From contig OZ116699.1 of the NCBI GenBank assembly GCA_964199315.1, positions 25,544,001 through 25,608,000 of the forward strand: 64,000 nucleotides of DNA. The letters run 5' to 3'. Source of the DNA: Orbicella franksi. Taxonomy: Eukaryota. The notes under the pieces were generated by a model. The model worked only from the letters and a program-made list of their open reading frames with translations. It was not told the origin of the DNA and searched no databases. This document shows, piece by piece, positions 11,871-25,384 of this stretch (the stretch's first letter is position 1; the number at the start of each line of letters is the position of its first letter). The position numbers were made by a program, and so were the translations under genes.

Positions 11871-14800
11871 CTGTATAAAAACATGATGTTTAACTAGAAG
11901 AAACATTAGGTAAACTGCACTAAGATAAAACTACAATGTACATCAGACGACCCGTGTACAGGCAAATGCACAAACAACACACCTTCTCTAGATTAGGAGA
12001 ACAATCATCTTCTGATGACTTTTGCAAACGGATGTCTTTGGCTGATTGCTTAGGCCAGGTGACAAGAAAAGCAATCAAACGAAAAAACGATAGTTACAGG
12101 GTGCCATGATGCCATTACCGCGGGTTTACACGTGAAAATACTACTCCCTCCATAGAGGACCGAGCACAAAAATATCTTCCTCCATTGAGTACGTACCACA
12201 ATACAACTGCTGTTTTTCTGAACAAACCCCATCTATGACTACTCTAAAAACAAAATAAAAATAAAAATAAATAAACACTTTCTGTCGAGTTGCCGTTGCC
12301 GTTGCCGTTGAGCTGCGTTTCACGTAAATTTTCTCTGTTCTAAGTCGGCATTTTGGTGTTTTTGACAGGAAATAGACGACAAAATATTGATGCGTCGCAA
12401 AAGAAAACCGGTTATTAAAAATATATAATTTATCTTGCTGTTGCACTGATATTTCATGAAATGTGGTGTAGACTCCAACTCAAGATCAAAGCAAGTGTTT
12501 ATTCTTCACTATTGAGCTTGAGAGGACAGCCTAGCCAGAGTCAACAGGAAGTTAATTCACTGTTTACACAAAACACTGTGCCAGTGTCTTCATTTCATTC
12601 GGTCAGCGGATTCCTAAAAGACGCGAATGCGCGAAGAGTCACTCACTCGAGCTTAGGGAAATTTATAAGCGAACAAACCATTAAACAGTGATTAAACGGA
12701 GTACAACTTGAGTAATAGTAATCACAAAAGCCACGTAAAATTATGTGAATGGCATGCAAAACGGGCAGTGCGTCAACATACTAGGAGAATGACTCGTGTA
12801 TGGCGAAAGACCAGCTGGTAGTCATTTCTTCCAGAGATATCTATGTATATCTATGATTCGTTTTCATTGCATTTTGCCTGTTCTAAATGCGTGAGTATCC
12901 CACGTGCATTATAACCATGCCAATAAAATCCTCAAAACTCAAACTTACTGGGTCAGTAAACTACAAATGTCTACAGTCATAAAAAATCGAGTTTAAATGT
13001 TTTAATCTCCTGATTATTGCATTTTAACCGAAGTGTTACGATGTTATTGAGCGCATACGGCCCGAAGAATTACATCTCGTTGTCTTTTAGGACGTGGCTT
13101 TCGGCATTATTATTACATCAAGTGAGTCCCGATCATTTCCGTCGGTAATTGGCGCAACAGATTAATCATGCAATGTAATCGTCGTTTGCGGCGGGCAAAT
13201 CCATTTCCATGATCTTAAAGTTGGCATTTCTTATATCTTGGCGTTGAACAGGATTTTATTTAATGCTTTGAGGCAATCTGGTATTCCATAGAATGCGAAT
13301 AAGCTGACACATGATGTAACTTTAAAGACCAAGTTTTAAATGTTAGTTAGAAATGCTAAATTCACTCTTGGGTCTCTTGTCGCCAAGACTAACATTTTGT
13401 ATCCACTGTTTTAGTCCAAGCCCACTGCATACGTCATGTCGTAGCATTTTTAATATCTACTTCATTACGTTGAAGAAGAAAGGCTGGTTAATAAATTGAT
13501 GTCAATCAAAGTCTCATTTTGTTGGTTTCTGTGGCTTCAACACCTTAACCTAAGTTTCTTTCAAAAATCCTTTGAAAAGATTCGAGTGAAAAACACAAAG
13601 CAAATGAAGCGATGCTGATTTAAAACCAAGACATCTTAACCGATTTCACTATGCAGGGCTGGATATTTACACAATTCATTGCTTAGTAGCGTACCAAACA
13701 AAACACAAAATATGAAGTGATTCCTTCTATGCAAATGTAATGGAATATATTATGATTGTAGGATGGTAAATAGAAAGTTCATGATGATATTACTGCTTTT
13801 ATTTGTATCTGAATTCAAACAGGCTTCCGAGGAGAATACAAAGAAAACCTTTTTCCTGTCTATGGACGTGGTGTACTAGTGAGCTTGCAGTGATCTATGG
13901 ATTCTCTTTGTCGTGTTTGCTAAAATCGCCAACGGCCGAATTCACCACAAGGAATGACAACTTACCCAAATACTTTTTTTCATATCTGAAAACGCAGACT
14001 ACAATTTTAAGAACCAAATTAAAGAAATATGATTAACTTACCACCAAAGAGGCAAAGCACTTTTCGAAAATACGCTCAAGTTAAATTGTATGGTTCTAGT
14101 TTGCGTCTTTAACCTTTCAGATGCAGCAGAAATAGAAACTTGCAGTTTTTGGCCTTCGGCAAAATTGCTCCGAAATTAAGTTAAAAATTGTGTTTATATG
14201 CGTTTAATTAGATTATACTTAATTATAGGGAGCGTGATTTAATTAAATCGTCTGAAAAACGCGAGATTAACACGAATTTTCGATAACTTCAAATTTGATC
14301 ATCTGTGGGTCGTTAACTTACCATAGGTTTAGTAAGAAGGAAAATAATTATTCAGTTAACAGAAAAAATGGAATTCAGGGAGATATGAGTTAGAGATAAC
14401 GGCCTCTTTTGATTGAATGCAGTACTGTTTTCTGTAAAATATTTGATCCGTGAAATATCATTTCCGTAGTTTCAACAACAGTTCATCGAAACGACTGTAA
14501 TATTATAAATGACCTTGTCAGCGATTCGGATAAGTTTGGAATTAAGGCAACCAACTGGTGCTTTACATAATATGAGGCGTAAAGCCATACTTCACGGCTA
14601 TAGAATTTAGAAATTAAAGTCTTCGCAACGAAGTTAAAATAAACCTATAATAGGTTTAACGTTTTTCCGTAGCAATTTAGCTTGAGGCATGAATTGCAAT
14701 TTAAGAGTTGGAAACGCGACGCAAGCATTGTTTTGAAGAATGGCGATAGTATTTTCAAAGACACCGCAAAGCTCAGGCATGGTCAAAATTTTGTTTTGAA

Positions 14801-16882
14801 ATACTTGCTATAAAAACAAACTAAGATTATTCTCGCAAATATTGAGCTATAATGATCATCTCAGAGCGGCAAAAAGGGCTGTTAAGGTACCATAAGACTT
14901 CAATAACAGCAACAGGTATTTTGGGTCAGATGCGACATAACCTTCATAAACTTGGCAGGCATTGCTCTTTGTCATAACATTTGATTCAAGTCATTTGTAT
15001 CAATAAAGACTTCAAATAGCACATATCTCCTTACTGAGATAAAATGGTCTTTCTAGCATGAGCTCAGCGCCTAAAATATTGATCACTGTTTTGCAAAAGC
15101 AATAGATTTCAACCCTGGCTCTAAATTGCAGTTATTTTTATTTATTTATAATTTTTTTTTTATAATTTCTACCGCTATCAATTTATCAATGCTGGAGAAA
15201 AGACCCAATAAACAATTTGTGGAAGGATGTGTCCTCGTTAGTTGTTAATAAAGTTTATTTCGTTTTAAATTTTGGTAATTCTACTTTCAAAAAGTGTTTC
15301 TTTCAGAGCAAAGGCGGAGAGGAACATATGTTAAATAAACTGGAGAAACAATAACATCCTGCATAAAGGATGTGAAATATTTACCTCAATGCATAATAAT
15401 GAATGTCAAAATACCGCAATAAGGATTTGATGACTTCTCATTACATGGTTGTTCTGTTAGTTGGGGGACAGAATTCATTCTCGCACCTGTTTGACTTTTT
15501 ACATTGATATTGTCAAAAAAAAGTTATGCGTTAATCATACTTTAGAAATGTTAAGGGTCATGCATTTCCGATGTTGGTTTGTAGAGTCATAAATATACGG
15601 GTGGAAGTTTGGGAGAACGAGGAACAATGTCGAAACACGTGCCGCAGGGGAATGTTTCATTCCACTGTTTTTCCAAGTTTTCTCAAACTTTGCCAGTGTT
15701 ACTATAGAGAAAGGAAAATCACTCGTTTATTTCGATTATCAAGAGATGTACTAGTTCTGTGTCTCTATGGTTGTCAGTGGAATTTTACTAGTAAACTAGT
15801 GATGCAAATGCTGTAATAGGATTGCCTTTGCAATCGTACACTATTCGAAATTAGGTGGGCAGTGGCAGCAAGTCTTCCACATATTAAATGGCGACGTTTT
15901 CAGGTTCCCCGATGTTTGGGAGGAAGATTTAGAGATATTACTGCATAATTAAAATTCTCAAGAAGGCCAAGAACACCCAAGGAAATGGACCGTCATGCGA
16001 CTTTAAAGCCTCAACACTGTCTAGTGAACTGATGAGCAGATGTAAACAGCCGCAAGTTTCAAACGATTCAGTTCACATAACTAAGAGTTCGCTAAATGAT
16101 TTGAAGTCTTTTTAACTTGACTTTTTTCAATGGTGTATATAAGTTTTTCTTTCATTCGGTTTAGTTCGTTACCGATTGTGAATTAAACTCGTTGATAGAA
16201 GTCTGCCAGGGTGAAATACGACAGAAATAAAATGTCATGAGCCCACGGCTGATAAATATGGATATCGTAACAGAAAAACATATCCAAATATAACACTCTA
16301 TGTAATTCATTGTCTTGTTATACTGATACATTTGTAGGCATTTCTCATTTAAAGAAAGATTTCCAGGCGATGCCAACAAAAAAAAGGGTATACTAAGTAA
16401 CTTATTTTCTGGAGCTTTGCACATTTCATTCGCACTTTGAAAAAGCTACTGAAGTCCATCGTACACTGTTCCACTTGTTACCTCAAAAGAAAGAAAGGGA
16501 AGAAAAAATTCTAAATATTTCTACAGAGTAAACTTCACTTTCAATGAATTAAAGTGACTTTTTGATGTCTGATAAACACCAATAGAACCCAAACAGGATG
16601 AATTTTTTTCTCTCTCCTGGCGTAAGCCTTGATGTTACCCAGAATTAAGGGTTGGTATCTTTTACTGTCACCTAAAAATAGCTTGAATTATATTTGAATG
16701 AAAGGCCAAGTTTTCGATCCGTTGAACTGATAATGGAAAACTGAACACAATCAACAGAATAGAGTTTGTCAAATATCAATAAACATAAGGTTTTTTTCCT
16801 GGTTTTCGCGACGGTTTTATTTTCCACGTCTTTTATTTGGCTAGTCTCTTCAACTAAAGGATGGACAAGTAAAAACTTCATC

Positions 16883-19800
16883 ATGTTCCTGAAAACTGTG
16901 AGCTGTAGAATATTACACGTTTTCGGAGTGAAATATTGAATTGAGTGATAAGAGAATTGACGGAATACTTGGAGAAGACATTGAAGAGATTGAAGAGACT
17001 TGCATTAACTCAATTCCAACAACACGATGGATAATGGAGCAATGAAAACTGTCCAGACTGAAAAAATGATCACTCCATAACGTAGAACGCCTGCCTATAA
17101 ATCAAATTTGTCGAAACAAAACCAAGTTAGCCGATACAAGACAAAAAACAGAGTCATTTCATAAGAAATACAAAACAACAATATTTGATTGTTTGAACGA
17201 ACTTTTTGCGATTGAATCGACACTGGGTTGGTTAACTTGCGCGAAACAATGAAAGGATTTTTTTCTGTTGTACACTCGGTTCTTTTAGGCGAGAAAGTCA
17301 TGGACGCGCTTCATTCAAGAGAACAACAAAATTTTTCTGACTATCTGTTTGCCCCTTGTTTGAGTATCTTCAGGAGTCATCTGATCACACACCCTACTGA
17401 GTCTAGTAATCAAAATTGTAAACAATAAAGGCCTCAATGCAATGTTTACAAGGATTAGCTAATTGAGGATGAAGGACAATATTTACCATCTTGGAATTGC
17501 TGGCAGTATTTTTGCCTCCTTATTTGCAAACTAATAAAAAGATGCTTTGGCAGAATTACTTAAATCTATGGTTGAATTTTTTTGGTAGCTTTATTTCCCT
17601 TTCACTTCGTTCTTTCTTTTCCTGATACCTGCATCATACAACTTATTGTAATCATCGACTGTTAAAAATACTCATACCACTTGATGGTCGCCGATCCATC
17701 GTTCAACAGATGAAAAAATTCTAATTTACATAACCTCTTCCAAAATGCAACTTTTGATGAAAGAAAAAGGAGGACTCGACAAAGATCTCGCCAAACAAAG
17801 CACCCTTTCAGTGTTTTCTTTTGTTGAATTGCCTTTCAAGTGCTGCCAATTTGAAGGCAGGTGAACGAATGATCAGGCGATGGTTGACTAGTGTCTGTAG
17901 TTAAACTTTCTAATTGAGTTTTCGTGTCTGCCGTATTTTGCCAAGCCAGTGGATTCTGAATTGTTTTGCAGAGTCTTGGAAGTAACCAGCGGGGGAAGTG
18001 CATTGTAAATGCTTTAGTTTACAAAACTGTGACAGCAGTTGGTCTATGCTGTTTTAAACACTTGCGAAGTTTCCAGCGAAATGTACTTATGACGAACTTG
18101 AAAACAATCACCATAATAGAATCTATCGATCTTTCCATTTACGCGCCGTAAATATAAAGATAATATAGCGTTTCTGTCAAAACAAACTGAAAATATCAAC
18201 TCAAACAATTCACAATAATCGATGCTTTTCCATGGGAATTACAATGAGCGTGAATTTTACTAAGCTAATTTTTTTTTACTTGAATATTAAAATCACTAGT
18301 CACCTCACATAAAGGAGGTCAACAATGGTATAAACACACTACTTCTGTCAGAATATAATACAATGAATCGAAGTTGATTATGTGTGATCAAGAAAGCCGT
18401 CGCAAGATTGAGTTAAAAGATGTCTTTGGCGACTTGAGCTTAAAAACAGTTCAGTAAAGGCGCTTGGACACTTTGACGTATTCATTTTCTTTTGTGATCT
18501 AAAATTTAAATAATGAGTCTTACTGACGTATTTCTTATTCTAAACTCGATAATGTGGTAATTTTCAGTTGATCAGTCTCCTAGCTAACAAGGGATGATAG
18601 AATACAGTAAGTAAATCATAATTTCTTTACCGGCTTTCAGCGTTTGCCTGGCCAGTGACAAATGTGTAGAATTTCACTAAGTCTCACGAGCATGTATCAG
18701 CATTTTCTAGCAGCAGCTTATGGTACAGTTTATAGATCGCAATTTTTCCAAGAGTGTCACCTTATCAAAGCCACGTTTGAAAACCGAAACTCCATGAAGC
18801 CACGGCGATATTAAAAAGTCTCGCTTTCTTTGAATTATCCGCTTACGTACCTCAGAAGCTCAATGAGCCTCAATTTGCATTCAAAATGAAAAACAAAACG
18901 ATATAAGGGCTAGCTTATGTGTCTGGCCTTGAATGTTGTGCGTGCAAAAAAATGGCTAAGGCGACAAATCGTGTTGTGAACTCGCCTAATGGTTCCCTGT
19001 TTAGCCAGAATATAAGTGATCAAAACTACTTAATAAATGTTCTTGTGTAAGCACGCTAATTTACAACGTGAACCTTCCTTCTGTTTGCTACCAAGATTAA
19101 GCTTTCTTAGCAATGGAGCTGTAGGTACTTTTAAGAACTGATTATTATAATAGAATTATTGTTCGCATTACCTCGATTCTCGTTGTCCACTAGATCCCTG
19201 GCTGGCAGATGAACAACGAAGAGAGTTGAACTTCTCTGAATAAAGTCGGAGAAATAAACAAAGCCAGGTTTGCTCTCCGGGGAGGGAACCCTTGTTGACA
19301 AAGAACAAAGAATTTAAGACATGTTTGGTGGATAAACTTTATCAGTAGCATGCTGAGCCAGAACTTTAAAATTCGAAAGTAATCTGTCATAACAATATTA
19401 CGCAGCACCACCCAGTACCATTGCTGAATGAAAATCTGTTTTTTTATTATAACAATCAGTGGGAATTGTCTTGATAGCACCAGGTTGGTAAGATGGACTA
19501 TTAAAAACAGATTGATTATGTTCTCTGGGTTAAGAGTTCAACGAAACATCTTAAACAGTCGCTATACGTATGTCAGAAATCCGTGGCACCGTTGACTGAC
19601 CCTGAATTCTATATATATCACTGATTATGCATGCAGTTTCCGGCTGATCCCGTGTACCATGTTGCTGTCTACACATAACAAGGAGTCATAACCAGGTGTA
19701 AGGGAAAAAGAGGGAGAGGGAGGGTCAGTATGACAACCGAAAGTTGGAAAATGTTTGTTAGTTTAGTCTTAGTATTGTTTATAATTATTGAGCATACAGT

Positions 19801-22800
19801 ATTTTGCTAGTGACAATTAAGATAATAATGACCATTAAACATTTGAATAATGCAACTCATATTTTCCCTACTGTATCAAAGTTCACTTTGTTAGAACCAA
19901 AGGTGTATCAAGTTTTTGTATTGGAATAAAATAACCAATGAAATAATAATGCAAGGCTTGTAAAACGGGAATAGCGGCAGACGTGTGGAAAACGAAAGGA
20001 AATATGTGAAAAACTAGTTAGCATTCAAGTGTTTAAAATTAAAGTAGACAGCTCGTGCGTGAAGCATTTGAGCCATAAACTACACAGCAATAAACTTTTG
20101 CTGTAATTTCCCATTGACCCGGTAAAAATAAGAAAAGGATCCCTACAAACGAGTCAGCCTTAAAGTTCATCAAATAGCACGAATGAAATCTGCGCACCCT
20201 GTAATCAGTGGATCTAAAGTGTCCATAGGGAGTGTTCTGAGCTGAATGAAAAGCGCCCATAGAAATTCATCCAAAGATGAAAAGGTATTATTTTTCGTAT
20301 GGAAATATGCAGGTTTGTAAGCAAAAAGGTATTTTCAGGTACCTTTCGTGTGTCATAAATATCTCAGATAGTGTTGAGAAGTTGCCAGGTCAAGCGACGA
20401 AGATTGATGAGGACAGCTGCGCATGAGTGCCTGACGTCAATTCATTGTTCAGAATCAACGATATCCAGATGTTTTGACCAAGTTATCAAGTGTGGATGTG
20501 AATGAATGAATTAATAAATGAATTAATTGATAAATGAATAATGAAAATGCGAATACGTTTATCGGTTATTACAAACATATTATGAAATTACTTTTTCTTA
20601 TTTAATTTTGTCTTCCTACAGCGCCGATCAGGCGTTAAACTGGCGAATTTCCTTCCAGGTTAACGCTTTGTGTTTTTCAAAAGTGGAGTAAACGTAGTTG
20701 TTATTCATGGGAAGCCCAGATTATTTAACTAATAAGCTATACATGAGAGACAAAAAAAAAAAAAAAAAAAAAAACAGTAAACAACTTATAGCATTGGTTT
20801 CGTGCCCTCTTGACCGTCCCCAATAAAAAAAAAAAAAATAAAAAAAAAGAGAATTGGTTCTTTTTATTAGAGTATATAATGAAATTACCTTACATGATGT
20901 TTGTTAGAACGTATTAGGGAAAACGTTCAAGGAAATCAGCTTATCTTTACTTACGAAGTAGCCAGCCATAGTTACGATTTCATCGCGTTACTTTTTGACA
21001 CTCCAATTGTGCTTTCAATTACAGGTAAACTCTCAAGTTTAAAGCTCAGATAACAAAGGCCTTTCTTTGCGGGTGCCAATGAATACTTTGCAGGCTTCTG
21101 AAGTTTAAAAATCTCTTACGGCAAATGAATTTTCGAGTTCTCGTTGGAACAAACGTACTAGACCATTTTGAAGTAAATGCACTCTTAATGTTTCCGAGAA
21201 ACTAACCTCCAGTTTAGATATTTTGCAATGCACTAGGGGCATCTGTACACGGTATGAAAGAAAACGATGTACTAACACAAAATTTATTCCGAAAAATATA
21301 ACTGGAGTAATTAATGGATTTCACTTTTAGTTCACGTTTTTTTTTTTTTTGAAATTTTAGTTTTAACCAGTCCTATCTATTTTTGCCGCTTTTAGTAGCT
21401 GACCCAAGATCCAACTGCATGTTACATTATTTGTTTTCTATGAAATTTGGTGCGTGACGAAAGGACCCATGAATACGACACTTATCAAATGCTATTCTTT
21501 TCAACATCGACAAAAACATTTAACACGACTAAATTATCGATGTTTATTATTACCGAAGAAAGATGGAAATTGAAATTTGGCGCCAAACAATCTGGCGGCG
21601 GCTTGTTAGGATATATTTTCTCGACGGTTTGGTAATTCGCACACTTCACCCTGACACTTTCACTCCGCTATAAAATAAGCATGTGTAAAATTGAAGTTTG
21701 AGGTTCTCTGTACGCCCGTTGTCGGGCTTCATACGTCCATCACCAGTTCAACTTTAGGAGGCTCGGTGAGGCGAAAATGGCGAAGCCCACGCAGATTTGA
21801 TTGACGGCAGCAAAAAACACAAAACCGTCGGTCGAGAATTGAATTTTTGAGTTCGCGTAAAGTGAGAAGTGCAGTTAAGTCTGGCTGGTTCTTGCGTTCA
21901 CCTCGATACCAAATTTATTTACTCAGTCGTAGTCTGATATACTGAAAATAACAAGCTCGTGAATGAAAATGGTGCGTATCGTTCCTGCTACGCAATGCTA
22001 ACACGATTTTGGTTTGCAATTACAGCCAGCCGCACTAAACAAAACTGTATTACAAAACTGGGCCAAACGTACATCAGGATCTATGGTAAAGTGGATGACT
22101 GATGGCCCAAGTAGTTGGTAATCATTTCGGTGGATAAAGCAAAAACCGAACACAGATTCATAGGTGATAGCATGGAGATATTTTGTTCAAAACATCCGAT
22201 CTCCTGTCAGCGTTCAGTGAAAAATAATGAAACAACAAATTGTCGTGTAAACTGAATTATCTTACCTTTCAATGTTGCATTTTCCCTCAGATTCTTGGAA
22301 TTTCCATGAAAAATTAAAATGAAAACAGCAACACAGACACTGCTTGTTTCTGTCAATCTGAGCGCGGTAAAAAGTATTGTCAAAATTAAACTTGTGAAAA
22401 GACTTTTGCACTTCGGTACCACGGCTGCAGAGAGAATTTTCTGTAAACAATAGGCTAAGTGCTAAATAATACAAGTAACTGATGAGTTACGGTGATTGCT
22501 TAAAACGTTGTCAACTTGTGCTCTTCTGGCTCTCCTTAGTTCCCGTTTTCTCTACTCCCTTCGCTTTCCCCTATGGTGTAACTAACTGATGACAGCGCTC
22601 TCCCAAGTAAAAAAGTTACGAGGGGAGGCGGGGATTTAATAACGTTAATTAATTGTCATTAGATATGCTACTTTTAAAGTGTAATTAACGTTTGAACAGC
22701 CCTGATTGCATTGCTTTCAAAGGTTCAAATGCGAATCTACCACTGATAAACAACGTCATGCTGTACAGGTTAACTTCAAGAAAAAGAGAAAAAAACAATT

Positions 22801-25230
22801 AAGTGGAGTAAAGTGATTCAACACAAAAAGTAACGAGGTCAATCAGCACTGTCACGGTATATTTTGGTGTTGTGGCTGATCATGAGCTTCTAAACCTACT
22901 GTGCATGATTAAATTCATCGCCTTTCTACCTTGTATTTAGTCTCTTATGCAAGATGGCAGGACATTTACACATGAATGGGCGTAATATTCATGGTGCTAT
23001 TCGCTTTTCGTTACCATGGATGTGCTTGGAAGTCAGTCACTCTGAGACAGATACAAAGCAGCAATAAGTCCGAAAACTTCTAACTCGATTGAAGCACCGT
23101 TTTGATACAAACTAAAAGATCTGGATAAATCTATTACTCTGAATCCCGTAAACCCTCACAACTAGTTAGGTGTGCTTGTAAATCTACAGTGACAGAAAAG
23201 TAAGTAAGCGAGATCTGAAGCCAGATCGAATTGCTTTATTTCACTTGAATTTTAAACATGCTGGATTGCAATATTTTCCACATTTAATTCTTGACTTGCA
23301 GTGCACGGAATAGGACGAATCTGAAGCGAGTCCTGAAGTCGCTTGCCTCCATCATCAAACAAAACGTGGTACACAGCTTTCTTATAGCACTTATTGTTGT
23401 GAGAAATCCTCTTGTGCGTGACTACACTAGGGTAATACCTGGTTCTTCCAGGCCAGAAACCAATTACACGTTGACCAGCGTGGACCTTACTGTAACATGC
23501 AGGGTGATCGAGTATTACTGCTGTCGAGTCAATCTTAGGTAAAGTGATGGTGTCTCCATCATCATAACTGATGAATACGGTCGTGTAGGTGGCACTTGTA
23601 ACGAATCCGCGATAGTATAGACCGTTTTTCCAGCGGGCAAACACTCTGGCGCCCACTGGAAGTGAAAAAAATGGGATATTAGTTGATGCTGGTCGTTGCA
23701 AATGGCAAGCAAAATTTTTCAGGTCACGTTTGACTGGTAACTAAAACAGGTAAATTTTGGGAAAAACATTTTGTAAAAGAAATAAAAACATTTATCGCTA
23801 AATTTGCTTTGGACGAGTTTAGAATGCCAAATGGCTAAATTGGATATTTATCGATACAGTTTTCGCAGATACCCTTGTGTTATCGTATGTATGCATGGTT
23901 CCTGTGAATCATGGACGTGGGTCTATACTGACCTTCATGAGCTGAGAAGTGATCAGGAAAAATCCTTAGCTGACTGACAGCATAATAGTCCTCGTCGTTG
24001 TTATCAAAAGTGACTTTGAAACGGTTACCAGAATGTTTATCAGACACGTAACCAATGAAGAACGTGTTGCCTCCTTCCCATGTTGCTACCACGTGGTGTC
24101 CAATGTCTACGTCATGAGGTACCTTATCGGGAATTACCGCTGAAATGTCTGAGACTCTGTGAATGATCGTGTCACTGTCGTCAAACAAAACTTTCACCTG
24201 GCCAATTCCAATTGATAACACTTTCCCAGGGTAATAAAGGTTGTTCGTCCAACGGGCAATAATCCGATCATCAACTGTAAAGTAAAGAACGATGACAACT
24301 ATAACATAGCGGAAAAGTTAAGACCCCGGCTTGGAGGGAGGGGGGGGGGTGCTTGTCGTACCTTATTGGGGTTAAAAGAGCGTTTTGAGGGTCAGGATAC
24401 CTCTTAGGGGGTTCAGCCTCGAAAGGTCTACAGCGGAGCTTTTGCGGTACCTTTTAGGGTATTTGGCCGATAAAATATGGCAGGAGATAATGGGCCTGTG
24501 TCGTTTTAGAATTGATACCTCTTAGCGGTGAAAAAAAAAAAAAAAAAAAAAACTAAAAGCCACGCCAAAAACTAGGATCTTGGTATCTCTTAGAGGTTCA
24601 TTTCAAAATTTCGCACGAGCACCCTCTTCCTTTTTTTTCTTGAAACCTCAGATACGCTCGATGAACTCAAGCGGCGAGGTCATTTTGTTCGATTAGTATA
24701 CCTTTTAAGTTCGCGTAGTCACAATTTCCTATATAATTCTTCCAAAGCAAATACCAAAGTCGCCAGCCTAAGAAGCGTCAGACGGAAACCACTCTAAGAC
24801 GGACAACGGACACTTTGAAACCGTCAAAGAACACTTGAGAAGTGCTTTTTCTAGTGAAAAATACTTCAGAACGGAAAGGTAGATACTGAATGGTACAGCA
24901 GATTACAATTTGAAGAGCCAAATGCGTTTCCTAAAACAAAAAGATGGCATATGAGTTATCCAGTTTTCAATTGGTTATCTTTTCATATACTGAAAAGGCT
25001 GCACGTAACAAGCAAATACCTAAAATAACAATTAAAAAATACCATGCACTTTCCATTAAACGGATTCGAAAGTGCAAAGACGATTGAAACAAAGTAAAGG
25101 ACCAACAGAACTTGTTTCATGGTTGCAAATGTTGCCTGTGTAAAGGAACAAAAAGCTAAGACGCATCAGAGCAGAATTCATACAGGAAAATGTAAAACTA
25201 AATAGGGGAAAGGTGCCAAACATGTCATAT
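16883..25230. repeat. Tandem segmental duplication, copy 1
   Basis: Collinear and roughly 90% similar by eye to 26816-33730, from atgttcctgaaaactgtgagc (16883/26816) to ccaaacatgtcatatg (~25230/~33722); ~18.2-21.1 kb is specific to copy 1. Confidence 0.9.
23252..25120 (-). pseudogene. Secreted four-Tudor-domain protein, copy 1, probably pseudogene (first donor GT>GA)
   Basis: Exons 25120-25054, 24767-24702, 24274-23933, 23655-23252 match copy 2 in size and phase with open frames, but the intron after exon 1 starts GA (25053-25052) rather than GT; substitutions at otherwise repeated positions (YYPG>YYPS, FDDGD>FDDGG). Confidence 0.65.
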
Positions 25231-25384
25231 GAGATCGAAAAGATGACATATGGGTTATCCAATTTTCAATTTTGCTGCCTGCATGCAGTCTCCTATTTCT
25301 GCCCTGATATCAGGTTATCTGTTTGCCGTTCCCAGACCCCACTGCGTAGAAAGTCTGGGATTGGTGAATTTATTATGGACAGAC

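Noticed and set aside
19186-19500. Protein-like frame with several stops in the copy-1-specific insert
   Set aside because: Probably decayed TE coding sequence, but no family motif was recognisable
21841-21866. Sm-site-like GAATTTTTGAG with a loose U12 snRNA resemblance (also ~30267)
   Set aside because: The upstream sequence lacks the U12 5' region and branch-point pairing motif, and matches no other snRNA I know
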